Notes: generated by a model from the letters alone, not told the origin. 64,000 nucleotides of DNA from Neophaeotheca triangularis (GCA_054600435.1 BAAIJX010000059.1:1-64000); one strand, 5' to 3'. Positions 1 to 12,481 are shown, counted from the first letter of the stretch. Numbers and translations: made by a program.

Positions 1-995
1 CCCCCCGCCGCGCCCCCGCGGGCGCCCCGGCCCCCCTGGGCGCTTTTTTTTTTTTTTTTTTTTTTGAGATGTTTGTCGTTTGGTGGTTTTGCGAGTGCGA
101 GCTTGCCTTTTTTTACTGCATACTGCGACCAGCCGGTTGCGGACCGCGTGCGGGAGGGATTGGATGGGGCTACTTTACTATTACTACTGTACCTGGACTG
201 AAGAGAGTTGTTCAGGGCTGCAGTTGGCTGGAAGGGGGGATTGCCGTCTTGGGACTTTTGCATGCAAGGTGGCGGGCCGGGGCGAGTTTGTGTGTGACGG
301 TGTTTGTGCGGATGGCTTTGACGGGCTGTTTGGGCGAGACCTGAGGCGCTTTGAAACTGGGTATACGGCGGTGTTGAAGGTGTTTTGAGATGAGAGAGGA
401 TCCGGCCATGGCTCGGCCGTGGTTTGATTGATGGCGGGACAAGCGGGAGATGGAAGAGGCCAGGCCTGCGGGCGATCTGTTTCGGAATTGTTTTCGAAAA
501 AGCAGCAGTTGTGATCATGTGAAGTGGTGTCGTTTCGGTGGAGCTGCTGTAAGGGGGATAGAACAGGGTCTGTGTCTTTTGACTCGCCATCGTTGTTCGA
601 GAAGGCGAATCGAAGGTAAGATAGGTAGGTACTACTAAGTACCTAGGTAGGTAGGTGCTGGAAGTCGGGAGGAGAGATATGGCTGGTCTGTGCGATCAGG
701 AACGGCATTGAATGACACGACACGTTCAAGATGATTCACACTAAACTCTCCATTGCTGACCCTTAGATAAACAGAAAAAGAAAGGAGATGATAGGAGGTG
801 ATTACGCCTCGAAAAGACTTTCTCTTTCGAGACAATCGACGTTGGTTTCTGAGACAAGAGCCGACGTACACACCACACCACCACACCACCATACACCATA
901 CACTATACACTATACACCTAGGTAAGGTACTGGACTGTACCTAGGTATCGATAAAGAACTCTAAGGTAGCGGCTGTAGGACAGATTTGCCGGGTC

Positions 996-1027
<32 letters not shown>
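996..1027 (+). repeat. Heptamer tandem repeat (GTACACG)x4.5
   Basis: Read directly. A degenerate CACAC/CATAC pentamer run lies nearby at ~867-918. Confidence 0.9.
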
Positions 1028-1835
1028 GGACGGGTCAAGTGGATCTTGCAGGACTAGGTAGGAGGAGGTAACTTATCTTATTAGGAGGCTAGGAGCTCTG
1101 TTAAACTTCTGGAAAAGACGGGAGATGTTCAAATCATCACCCGAAGACTTGAACCAATATTCATTATTATTATTGATGAAAGGGCTCTATCGTCTTCGCA
1201 TAAACTTGTTACCTTCAAACAGCTTGACACATGACACAGACAATAGTGATACCTGCCTAGGTATTCAAGATTAATATTGATATCAATATTACCTTGGTAT
1301 TGATGGAACACAGATTGATTCATGGGTACTATGTAGCCACTAGCTATCCTCATCGACAACGGAACCTGGCCAAGGTCAAAGTTTTGTAGCTACTCCTTCG
1401 TGAGACAGTTCGGTTGGAATTAGCTTGGATCGAACGAGTCAAATCAGGGGGGCCACTTGTTTTTGCGGACATCCTTGCCTGTTTCGCTTCGCCCGACTTA
1501 GGATTTTGGTAGACGAGTCGCACAGCAGGAGAAGAGCCAGCCTCTGTCTTCGCAGCTTCTCGACAGCCTTGACGACGTTGTTTCCATATCTCCCCATACC
1601 TACCCGTTCCGACGTCCTTGTCCTTGTCCTTCCTTGACCTTGACCAGACCATTATATCTCTTCTTCCGGTTGGCAATTGTCAACTGCAAGCCTGCAAGCC
1701 TGATTGGCTGTCTTGGCGAAATAGAGCATTTGGGCCATCGACGAAACGGGTACTAGCGCTTTCTGCTGCTGCACTGTTCACTCTTGACCCAATCATTGCC
1801 TCTGATCACTCAACCTGGTCTCCTCGTCCGATTCC

Positions 1836-2006
1836 ACAACTACGACCACGACCACCACGACCACGACCACTACCACTACCACTACCCATACTACCTTCAC
1901 TCGAACCTCACCTCGACGCCTTACCTCACCTCACCTTACCTCACCTCCCCATACTTCTTCGTACCTCGACTCTACCGTGCCTCGACCTCATCTTACCTCA
2001 CCTCCG
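1836..2006 (+). repeat. Degenerate CCACGA/CCACTA hexamer and CCTCA/CCTTA pentamer microsatellites upstream of G-alpha
   Basis: Read directly. They explain the spurious His/Asp- and Pro-rich ORFs in the track. Confidence 0.8.
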
Positions 2007-2123
2007 ACCCTCTTCTCCCGTCTCCTACCCCGAGGCGACCTCCGGCTTACTCCAGAGCCCACCTCTTCCCCAGCCTTCAACGCGCAGCGTTCGCGACTTC
2101 AACAATATCAAGAAAGGCGCAGG

Positions 2124-2476
2124 GTGAGCCGCATCAGAATCTGCCCTCGGAAAGTCAACGGGACCCTCTGGTCTGCTGGCCCAACGAGACAGCCCAAGGT
2201 GAGACACGCCGTTCCCCTCACCCACGCAGCAATGCGACGCACACATCCACACTATCATGGCCAACCGGAGACCATCCTTGCTCCACCCGATACTCCAAAC
2301 TTTGCGCGGCTGCAAGATCTATGTCTACACAGTCAAGACGTACCGCGGTCGTCCCACCAAAGCTCATCAAGTGCTTAATTTGCCCAAATCCATTGACTGC
2401 GTGCACGTGCTGCGTGGGTAGACCGCGTGCGCGTGTTGTATAGTCACAGTACACGGTAGCTAACAGCCCCTGATAG
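2124..2476 (+). other. Probable 5'-UTR intron of the G-alpha gene
   Basis: GTGAGC donor at 2124, GCTAAC branch at 2459, TAG acceptor at 2474-2476, followed by a pyrimidine-rich ATG-free leader to 2618. Confidence 0.55.
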
Positions 2477-2617
2477 CCTAGTTCAAGCAAATCCAGCGAC
2501 TGTGTACCTCCAACTCGATCTTTTAACCAAGGACGGCAGTCTTTCTCACCAACTCGACCTCACTTTTCATCGCGAAAACCACCGTCTTATCCTTGATACC
2601 CCGCAGCGGCTGCCACA

Positions 2618-3837
2618 ATGGGTTGTGGACAGAGTTCAGAGTCGAAGGAGGGGAAGCAGAGAAATGAGGAGATTGAGAATCAGTTGAAGCGCGACAAGAT
2701 GAACCTGAGAAATGAGATCAAGATGCTGCTTCTCGGTGCTGGTGAATCTGGAAAGTCTACAATTCTCAAGCAGATGAAGCTCATACACGAGGGCGGCTAC
2801 TCACGAGATGAACGGGAAAGTTTCAGAGAAGTAAGCAAATTGACGACAGCAATTCCCCGCGCACACCGCTAACTCGACAAGATCATATTCTCAAATACTG
2901 TTCAAAGCATGCGCGTCATCCTTGAAGCCATGGAATCGCTGGAGCTTCCACTCGACGACCAGAGAGCAGAGTATCACGTGCAAACCATCTTCATGCAACC
3001 CGCACAGATCGAAGGGGATGTTTTACCACCGGAAGTCGGTCAAGCCATCAAGACCTTGTGGTCTGATGCCGGCATACAGGCAGCATTCCAGAGAAGTCGC
3101 GAGTACCAGCTGAACGACAGCGCGAAATACTACTTCGATTCCATCGACACCATTGCATCTCCCACCTACATCCCCTCGGACGCAGACGTCCTCCGCTCTC
3201 GTGTCAAGACTACGGGCATTACGGAGACGACATTCATCATTGGCGAGCTCACATACCGCATGTTCGACGTTGGTGGACAACGTTCGGAACGTAAGAAGTG
3301 GATACACTGTTTCGAGAACGTCACGACGATACTCTTCCTCGTGGCCATTTCGGAATATGACCAGCTGCTATTCGAGGACGAGACGGTCAACCGCATGCAG
3401 GAGGCTTTGACGTTGTTTGACAGTATCTGCAACAGTCGGTGGTTCACCAAGACCAGCATCATCCTTTTCCTCAACAAGATTGACCGCTTCAAGGAGAAGC
3501 TGCCTACCAGCCCGATGAAGAACTACTTCCCGGATTACGAGGGTGGTCAGGACTACGGCGCTGCGTGTGACTACATCCTGAACAGATTCGTCTCGTAAGT
3601 TAGCTCCCATCCTTGACTCCGGCCAGACTTTGAGCGCGAAGCAAGGAGTCATTTCATTGTCATGGGACGATCAAAGCTAATGGAACCCCTTTTTTCCACA
3701 GTCTCAACCAACACCCAACCAAGCAAATCTACACACATTTCACCTGCGCCACCGACACGATGCAAATCCGCTTCGTCATGGCCGCCGTCAACGACATCAT
3801 CATTCAGGAGAACTTGCGCATGTGCGGCTTAATATAA
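2618..3837 (+). CDS. fadA: Heterotrimeric G-protein alpha subunit, fungal group I (FadA/GNA-1 type); exons 2618-2830, 2882-3594, 3702-3837
   Basis: MGCGQS N-terminus, GAGESGKS P-loop, [26 protein letters not shown] and C-terminal CGLI. Two GT-AG introns with GCTAAY branch sites restore the frame. Confidence 0.97.
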
Positions 3838-4899
3838 TATCATTCTCGCCAAAGAAAAACAAGTCACAAAAAACAACAGACAGCTTGGAATCCTTTTCTC
3901 CCACACGCCTTGAGCGAATGTCGTCTCCAACATGGGGCTAGCGGGAGTGGGCGCAGTCAGGCGAGCGGGCGATTTATACTTTCTTATATTATTTCACGGC
4001 CGGGCCAAGAGCGCGATGGGACGGGATGGGAGGGTCGAAGGGGGGTAGGAAGCGCGTGTATTATATTATATCATCTTTGGGCGAACAGCGAGGGGCTCTC
4101 GTCGAAAGCGGGAACAGACTTGCTATTATGGGAACGAAGGGCGAGGGTGTTGAAGAAAGTGCTTCGAGAGAGGAAGAAGGAACATTGCTACGTGGCGGCG
4201 CGTTCGCGAGACGCGAGTGAGAAGAGGTGTCAGGGTGGCTGGCTCCGCGTGTGTATGTCGCGTGGATAGGGGGGAGCTGGCTGGCTGGCTGGCTGGGTCG
4301 CTGTGGGGGTTTTCATTTTTCGAGTTGAGGTGACCGGTCGGCGTGGCAGAAGAGGCAGACTATGATATCCCTTTTAACTTTCTTGTCTCTCAATTTCCGG
4401 TTGGAATTGTAGATTGATGAGGGAGTAGAGGGTTGAGGGATTACTATTATTTCGGGGATATAGCAAATGGATGAAGGCTGGTGAGGGTGTAGCTTGTGTT
4501 CTCTTACCTGGTGTCTTGTTAGTTGTGAAAGCTGTTCAGCGGCCTTTTGTTGTGTTTGAGAGATACCATGGGTAGTTAGACTTTTATAGTGGCTATTTTA
4601 AGTCGAGATATGTAATAATAAGGCGGACCGCTGCCCAGATTCTGATGGAGTCGATCTTCGCCAGTAGTGACGCATGGCCGACGGTCCTATGGATGCGATG
4701 CCGGCAAACAGCGGGCTGACGCCACAAAAGGTACCTTACGACTACCTTGTACGTAGCGCTACTGTAACGTTAATCGTCACTTTTTCTTAACTCCCTCTTC
4801 CATTTCAATCTTCACCAACCCGGGTCACTGGCACAACAGAAACAATCTCCTCTCCAAACCCATCTCTCACTCTCACGTGTGCCATCAACAATTCCCACC

Positions 4900-6454
4900 A
4901 TGGCCGCCTTCTTCGTGTCGCTCCTGGCGCTGTCACTCCACGGCGTCGTCGGCGTCAGCGCACAATCCGAGTCGCAGCAATCATCCTCCTCCTCCGCCAC
5001 CCAGTCAACCGCCACCCTCTCCGCTTCGGAAACGCAGTCCCAGCAGTCGGCACTCACCTTCACAAACTCCCTCGTCACTCTCGACCCCCTTGTCACCACC
5101 TTAATCCCCAACATCACCTACTCCTCCGGCCAACAAATCGTCAACTCTCCGACTTCCAGCCCGCCAGCATCCGACTCCCTCTCCCCAAATGGCACAGCTT
5201 CCGCTTCAGGCAGTTCCTCCATGGCCACCGAGGAGCCGCTTACGACCATTATCGGTGGAAGACCCGAGGAGCCCTCGAGTGGGAGTTTGGATGCGACTGC
5301 GAGTGCGACCGACTCTGCTCCCGAGCCTGTGAACACGATTCCTTGCAATAACCATCCGGAATTCTGCGACCGGAAGTACTCGAATATTACAGAGGTCACT
5401 TCGCATAATTCTGCTTTTTCTGTTAGCAATAACGCGGCTAGTAATCAGGAGTATCCTATCAGCGTTCAGCTTAATGATGGCGTCCGCGGCAGTAAGTGAG
5501 CTGTGGTTCTTCACTGTGAGTATTATCTTGCTGACAGAACTTTTAGTCCAAGGCCAATCGCATTTGATCAACGGGACTATGTATTCGTGCCACACGAGCT
5601 GTGACCTGCTGAATGTAGGCACCTACACCTCGGTTCTTGATGAAGTCGCCGACTGGGTAGAACGCCACCCGTACGATGTCGTGACTGTTTTCGTCGGCAA
5701 CTCCGGCTGGCCAGACGGCGTGACAGCTCTGGATTACAGGGAAACCTTCCAAAACTCGAAAATTTTCCCCTTCCTCTACGAGCCGCAATATGTGCCCCAG
5801 CGACGTGAGCAATGGCCGACCCTCGGGGAAATCATCATCAGCGGTAAGCGAGTTGTGGCCTTTATCGACTACAACGCCAACCAAACCGAAGTCCCCTACC
5901 TCCTCGACCAGTACTCGCACTTCTGGTCAACGCCCTTTTCCCCCACCAACCAGAGTTTTCCCTGCACCCTGCAACTACCCCTCGAACTCGACGACGAAAC
6001 CGCAAAGGAAGACTTCATGTATATCGCCAACCACAACCTCAACGTCAACGTCGAAATCGCCGACGCCAGCCTTTTGATCCCCGACACTTACAACATCGAG
6101 CAGACCAACGGCCGCTTTGACCGTTTCGGCCAGCTCGGCGCCATGGTCAGCAACTGCACCGGTTCGTCTCACTCTTACCCTCTCACCGTACAAGAAGAAA
6201 AAAAAAAAAAGCAAAGCTAACCCCCACCACCAGCAAAATGGGGCCTCCCACCCACCTCCCTCGTCGTCGACTACTACAACCGCGGAAACCCGGGCCCCGG
6301 CTCCGTTTTCGAAGTCGCCGCGGCCGCGAACAACGTCACTTACGACATCGACTGCTGCGGTACGACTTCCGCCGCAGTCCCCGCCAACAGTCCCGTACCC
6401 GTCTGGAGTTTGCTGGCTTCGGTCATGGCGATCGTGGCGGTATTTACTGTTTAA
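4900..6454 (+). CDS. Secreted, probably GPI-anchored PI-PLC X-domain-like phosphodiesterase; exons 4900-5491, 5547-6161, 6234-6454
   Basis: Signal peptide, Ser/Thr-rich stalk, CNNHPEFCDRKYSNIT..SHNS, QLNDGVR, CHTSCDLL, NHNLN and LVVDYYN motifs, and a hydrophobic C-terminal tail (VWSLLASVMAIVAVFTV). Confidence 0.88.
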
Positions 6455-6789
6455 GAAGAATTAGGTTTGTGCATATGGGCTGGGAGTTTTCTCTTGCCGA
6501 TGGCGGGGGGGAGCATTTGTGAGCGTTTGGAAACGGGCGGGCGGGCGTTGTCGGGATTTGAGCGTTACTGTGCTGTTCTGTGTTGTGCTGTGCTGTACAT
6601 GGAGTGGCTTGTCTTGTCTTGCTTTGTCGTTTTTGGAGCAAGAACTGAACCTTTTTTTCACGAAGTGTATGCTATTTCTGTCTCGGGCCTGTGTTGCTCG
6701 TCTACAGAGTCTTAGACTGAGCTGACGGAGTAGGCGAATTTCCTACTCAAGAACAGCTGTGATGTGCCATCTGAGCTTCAACACTGCGG

Positions 6790-6844
6790 CACTTATTCCC
6801 TTTCAGACACTTATTCCCTTTCAGCCGGCACTTATTCCCTTTCA
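6790..6844 (+). repeat. Three exact copies of CACTTATTCCCTTTCA
   Basis: Copies at 6790-6805, 6808-6823 and 6829-6844. Confidence 0.95.
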
Positions 6845-7160
6845 TTCCTTCTTAGCCCGATCCATCATCGCAATTGCTCGGCACACACGAGTACATGAGA
6901 GCAGGAAAAGGCGACCAAGGTATCGTCGAATCAAAGGGCAAACAACGAAATATCGCCAGGGATGTTTTTTTTTGAGTGCCATCCGGAAGTTGTAGAACGG
7001 CTGTAAGCTTACTCGACGATCAAAGCACGACCGGCATCATGATGCTATATCAGCTTATTATGTAGCCAAGGACGTTAAAGAACAGCAACGTGTCAAATCC
7101 ACCAGCAACACGCACACGCGCCTGTCTTGGGCAACAAGGAGACCAGAAAAAAAAAAAAAA

Positions 7161-7483
7161 AAAGTCCCGACCTTTCTATTACCGATCCCGGGGCGACTTT
7201 CGACTACAGCCAACATCACCGACTACAGGTGGAGCTCGAAGTTGGGTAGCGGCGTCGGTGGCCGCGATGTCCGGACCAGCTCACACAGGCGCGCCCGGGG
7301 GGGATCCAACCGAGGCCTCTTTTCTTCACCCCTGCAACCGTCTCTGGGCGGCAACGTCCCGGTTCGATTTCTTTAAAAGTCGTGGCCCCTAGCGGAGACA
7401 GAGAGTGGCGCTTCTTCCGAAAGTTGGTGCTGAGCGGCCACTACTGGCATCGGATTTGTCGCCGTGGCACCATCCAATTTTTT
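7161..7483 (+). ncRNA. Candidate structured non-coding RNA, family unknown
   Basis: Several stems with G-U pairs on the + strand, a GCAA tetraloop hairpin at 7346-7359, an upstream A17 tract and a terminal T6. Confidence 0.35.
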
Positions 7484-8140
7484 CCTCGCGGCTTGGTTGT
7501 ATGGGCATAAGTATAAGAGCTCTTCGCTAAGGGAGGAAAAAAGGCATCGTTCAAGCTTTACATCACCATCGGGGACTTGGCTTTGTAATGCGCTGGTAGA
7601 ATGGTCTGTGGATGTTCGTCGGGGAAAGCGACGAGTGGCGTGGGGGCTGAGGGGGAGGCTGGGAGGCTTGGGAAATGATGAGAGCCGCCAACGGAGAGTT
7701 GAAGAATGCCTGTGGAAAGCAGAGGAGGGCAGAGGAGGGAGAGGAAGCGGTGCTCACGCGAGAGAAGGTGGTGGCCGTGAAGGGGAGATGGACTGAGGAG
7801 ATGAGTGCTTATTTGGACGCCCTCATAGAGGGAGGGTATGGAGGCGGTGTTGGCGGAGAATGCGGGATAGGGGTGAAGATTGCGGAGTTGGAAGGTGGAC
7901 CGAGGACTGGCCACATTATTACTACCAAACCCCTGTGGCCCTGTTGCTACTCTCCAGGGTTGCGCTGAGCCTATTGAAAATATCAGATCTAGAAGAATGC
8001 CCAGGTATGGATCGGATCATTCATCTTGATTTGACATCTGTAAAACTGCGTCCACGCTCTTCGATCTCTCTCGCAGACCCTACCCCTTTCGCATGCCCCT
8101 TAAACCTACTTTACTTGCCAAACTCTCTCACCAACCCCCA

Positions 8141-10273
8141 TCACCGACCCCCATCACACTTCCCCTCATCATCCCCCTCGTTATCCCCCTCATACCCCCC
8201 TTCATCCTCGACATCCCCCTCGCACCCTAAGTCCTCCCCATCAAAAAGCCCTAACCCCCCAACCCCCCTCCTACCAGCTCGACACCACCACCACCTCCTC
8301 CTCCTCCCCCTGTTCCCCCTTCCCCATACTTCGTCCTCAAAACCGCAAAAACTCTCCGGACTAGGCGCCCCCTCTCTCCTGCTTCTCTTCCACACTGTCT
8401 CGCGGCTTGGTTCTCGTGGTCGCCAGCGCATAGATGGGCGGTCGAAGCGGTTCGTCCTTGTGTTGGGAGTTGCGGCGCTAGTTGCGGTGGGAGCGGGTGT
8501 TTTGGCTGGGCGGGGGGGCTCGGTGGAGGCTCTTACGCCATGCTCTTTGACGCTGCTTCGAGTGGTGTGGTTGCGAGCTGAGCGTCTTTTGGTGCTTGGG
8601 GTTGAAAAGTGTGGAAGCGACGGTGAGGAAAGTGCCGAGGAAGAGGTGGACATCTTGCGTTTGCGCTCTAGTGAGAGGAGCGTTGGAGTCAACCATTCTC
8701 CTTGTTGATTTGTGTGCTTGGTCGAAAGAGCCTCGGCTTGCGGCGGAGCTGTCGGTGGTGAGGTTGTGGGGGAGGCGAGGGCTTGGTGGGTTTGCTGTAG
8801 CCATGTTGTAATTTTGGACGTTTCTCCTATCGTGGACGCGTGCGTGGAGTGTATGGGGTTTATGTTTGAACTCTTTTGGCAGTGGCCGGGGGTGGTGATG
8901 CGGGAGCACTGGCATCGTGGCCCAGCGCTGGGGTTGTGCGAGTTGGGAGGAGGCGGCGGTAGGTTGTGAGGCTGACTGCTGGGGAGAACTGGATTTGAGG
9001 CCGGTGGGGTGGGGTAGGCTGGTTTGCCGCTTGTGTTGCTGGCGTGATCGTAGTGGGAAGCATCATCTTCAGACGCTTCGTCGTTTTGAAGCAGGAAAGT
9101 GTCCCCTTGACACCATTGCTCTAGCCGATCCTGCAGTAAGCAATCGTCACAGCTATCACTGCCCTCACCACCGATTCCCCCCGTACGTTCGAGTGCCCAG
9201 ACCACGGGTGAAGGCGGTGGAGCGGCAGGCATCTGTTCGTACATTTCCGAGGCCAGCGCATGCCTCTCCCGTGGAAGGAGAAAACTCGTAGTGCCGGGGC
9301 TAACATCCTCTTCCAACGCCCGAGCCGCTTCCCGGAAAGCGAAACCTTCAGTATTCCCCATAAGAACATCCCCACCACAACCCTCCCTCGCCCGCTCCAA
9401 AACCCCCAAATCAAAAGTCGGAGGCACCTCCTCCCGACCCTCGTCGCCTCTGAAACCGGCATCGTCTTGCTCATCGACCTCCACCCCTCCCTCATCCTCA
9501 CTTTCCTCAAACTCCCCCCAAACCCTACCACCAACAACACCACAAACCTCGCCATGCTCGCCTACCCACCCTTCTCTCTTCATCCTAGCCAAGAAAGCCT
9601 CGTAATCTTCCGCAATCTCGGGCATTCCCCACGACTCATAAGCGCTGAATTCCTGACATTCCTCGCACCCTCTGCCGCCACAATAGCATTCGTTTCCCGG
9701 TCCCCCTTGCCTGCTTTCGAGGGAAATGGAAGGGCTTTCCCAACTCCAAGTTGCGCTACCCCGGCCCTCTTCGCAGAAATGTAAGTTGACTTTCCGGGAG
9801 ACTTTGTCGCGGGCGCCGCAGTCGGGGCAAAGGTGGAAGGTGCCTTGACTCTCTTCCATGAGGGGCTGGGAGGGGTTGATGGTATCGTGGTAGAGAACGC
9901 CTGCGTGAAGGGACGACGTAGAATAGTCGGTGGTCAAGGTGGTAGGGCCGGTGATGTTGTGTATGAAAGTAGGTTCAGCCTTGCCGACCGGCGGGTTGTT
10001 GAGGATGGGCTGAGGTTCCGTCCCGAGCTCGTGTCTTCGATCAGTTTTGGCGAGGTAGAGAAGTACCACCTTGCACAAGGCGAGATGCGTTGGGAGTGTG
10101 GCCGAATCGGGACGGGCGGAGCTGCGGCGAGGAAAGGTTGGGGAAAGTTGGACTTTGTCATGGGCTCTCTCAATGTTGGGATCTTGGTCGTGGGTGTTTG
10201 GCTGTGGGGAGGAAGCTGAGCGCAAGGGGATAGGTTTCTGTTGCGAAAGGGGGCATGGAATTGTTGCTGGCAT
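8141..10273 (-). CDS. Hypothetical low-complexity protein with Cys clusters
   Basis: More than 2.1 kb stop-free frame, likely start MPATIPC at 10273, with CPDCG, CYCGGRGCEEC and CDDC motifs. No family recognised. Confidence 0.55.
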   Translation of the reverse strand: MPATIPCPLSQQKPIPLRSASSPQPNTHDQDPNIERAHDKVQLSPTFPRRSSARPDSATLPTHLALCKVVLLYLAKTDRRHELGTEPQPILNNPPVGKAEPTFIHNITGPTTLTTDYSTSSLHAGVLYHDTINPSQPLMEESQGTFHLCPDCGARDKVSRKVNLHFCEEGRGSATWSWESPSISLESRQGGPGNECYCGGRGCEECQEFSAYESWGMPEIAEDYEAFLARMKREGWVGEHGEVCGVVGGRVWGEFEESEDEGGVEVDEQDDAGFRGDEGREEVPPTFDLGVLERAREGCGGDVLMGNTEGFAFREAARALEEDVSPGTTSFLLPRERHALASEMYEQMPAAPPPSPVVWALERTGGIGGEGSDSCDDCLLQDRLEQWCQGDTFLLQNDEASEDDASHYDHASNTSGKPAYPTPPASNPVLPSSQPHNLPPPPPNSHNPSAGPRCQCSRITTPGHCQKSSNINPIHSTHASTIGETSKITTWLQQTHQALASPTTSPPTAPPQAEALSTKHTNQQGEWLTPTLLSLERKRKMSTSSSALSSPSLPHFSTPSTKRRSARNHTTRSSVKEHGVRASTEPPRPAKTPAPTATSAATPNTRTNRFDRPSMRWRPREPSRETVWKRSRREGAPSPESFCGFEDEVWGRGNRGRRRRWWWCRAGRRGVGGLGLFDGEDLGCEGDVEDEGGYEGDNEGDDEGKCDGGR

Positions 10274-10945
10274 TGTATTTGGGTTGATGGTGTGCGTGGA
10301 GGGATCTGGGAGTTTGCTTGAGTAGTGCAGTGGGCTTAGGTGTGGATTTGCTGTAAGTTCAGGAGACCTGCTCCAAGTCGGGGATAGTAGTTGTAAGGAA
10401 GATGAAGACGGAGACCGGCTCCTATCGAAAACGTTTGCAAACAGACAAGAAGACGTAAAGAAAGAGCGAAGGAATGAAATGGTCTGATCCAAAGAAAGCA
10501 ATACCTACAATGAAGGAGATCGATACTTATACCGCCGTCGCTCTCAGAGCTTCCTCGAGCGCCGAGACACCGTGTCTTGCCTCGTGTATCATAAAAAGGT
10601 TGAAGACACGAGTGACAAAGGACTTCGGATCCAGGTGAGCCGTGTTTCCTCGGCGTCCGTTCGTCTCCGAGACGTCGGCTTGGTGGTCTCGCTATATTCA
10701 ACTCGACCCGCCTCAGTCTCCTTGACGAGCAGTACAAGGTTTGTCGAGTACGACTAGGAGGAGAGTCTGCAATCGTGTCCATACCATTATATTTTCGTCG
10801 CGGCGACAGATGAAACTTCGAGATTCATGTCTTGGGTCTATTCATCGATGAAGACATTGGTGACAACGCTGTCTCGAGCAGTCTCGACCCTTCTGCAAGA
10901 TCTGCGAATAATGCCGAGAGTCCTGAAAAGTAGCCAACAACTTCG

Positions 10946-12481
10946 CTAAGCTCTGCCAACCTTGAAACTCAGAATCTGGAGAATGTTAGTTAGCAAGACC
11001 CGCTCACGACCAAATAATCCCACGCGTGGCGTAGCGAAGAAGAGAGAGGATGAAGAAAGAGAGGCGGCACACTCACATCACACTTGCCCACCCCTACAAC
11101 ATCCTCCTCACTGACCCTCACCCCACCAACAGTGTCCACAAAGGCCAACGGCGCATCCCCCATGACCTTGCGATAAACATCACCAACCGTACTCCCTTTC
11201 TTGACGAGGACGCAATCTCTGAAAACCGGCTGTTCTTCCCTCGAAGCCCCACCCTTTTCCGCCGCAGTCCCCGCCTCTCCAGAACCAAACGAATGAATGT
11301 TCCTGACAGGAAAGACCGGCACCAACCCCAGTAATTCCGAAGCCCGAGTCAAGACTTGATTCACTCCCGTACTGCCGAAACGATAGAGCACCATGTCCTT
11401 AAGGTTCTCAATCCGCTGCTTCAGCTTCTCGTCCATTTCCTTCAATTCCTCAGCACCCTTCTCATCCCCCTGCTCCATCAAATCTTCCTTGGTGTCCAAG
11501 AATTCCGATCCCGGGATGTAGTTCACAAAACCCTGCTTCACCAGCCTCCGCAAAAACACCTCACTAATGGCCGAACACAAGACCATCCTCTCCGGCGGCA
11601 CGACCTTGGCGATCTTGCTAATGTTCTTGTCGGAATCTGGGTGGTCGATCTTGTTCAACGCGATGACGGTCGGGAACTTCTCGTCGACAAACGTATTCAC
11701 CACTTCCTCGACTTGCGCATCGGTCCAGTCTTGCAAAGGTAATTTGGCAATCGCCGGGATGCGATCGAGCGTCCGGGCCACAATGGTCGAGTTGGCGCCG
11801 TAACCGGAGAACTGGCCTTGCAAAGTATCGACAGGGTTGGCTTTGATGGCTGTGTGCCGGCGTTTCACGCTGCCCCATTTGTTCATCAGATTGCCCAGCA
11901 CCCAGCTGATGATTTCGCTCCGCAACCAGATAATGTCGACGCTCGGGTCGTAGCCGCGGGTGGCTTTGCCTTCGGCATCGGTGGTTCCAGAGACGTCGAC
12001 AACATGGATGAGGGCATCGGCATGGCGGAGGTCATCGAGAAATTTGTTTCCAAGGCCTTTGCCCATGTGCGCGCCTGGGACTAGGCCGGCGACGTCGAGG
12101 AGCTCGATAGGTACGCTACGTACTCCAGATTGGCAGGTGCCATAGTTGGGTTTGCAGCGGGCTGTCAAAGGGGGAAGGCCGTTCGGGGATTGGGGTTGAT
12201 TTGAGGGGAGGGTGGGGCGGGAACAGGCGCAGGGAATTTGGAGGTAGCCTATTGCGCGGTTGGGGTCGATAGTTGTGAAGGGAAAGTTGCCTGTTAAGGA
12301 TGATTGGAGGATTAGTGGGGGAACGTGTGCGAGAGTGGTGGTTTGTGGAGGATGGTGTTGGGTAGAAGGTTTAGAGGAGAGGCGCACCTACTTTCGCAGT
12401 AGTATCTGTCAGACTGTTCAGCGTGGTCGACTTGCCGCTGCTGGGCTTGCCGACCAGACCAATGAGAGGGTCGCGGGGCAT
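10946..12481 (-). CDS. Obg-family GTPase, Ygr210 subfamily; exons 12481-12388, 12290-11077, 10975-10946
   Basis: [63 protein letters not shown] and NKID; C-terminus ILSFKVGRA after splicing. Confidence 0.93.

Noticed and set aside
1..66. Almost pure G/C 43-mer followed by a long T run
   Set aside because: Looks like low-quality read sequence beyond a homopolymer at a contig edge, not a telomere or element.
1618..2443. Overlapping 130-220 aa ORFs upstream of G-alpha
   Set aside because: Products of microsatellites and the C-rich leader; no ATG starts and no domains.
7476..7531. AATTTTTT + ATAAGT + GCTAAG resembling a Pezizomycotina telomerase RNA 3' end
   Set aside because: No template sequence upstream, too little room before the PLC gene, and donor-to-branch spacing too short.
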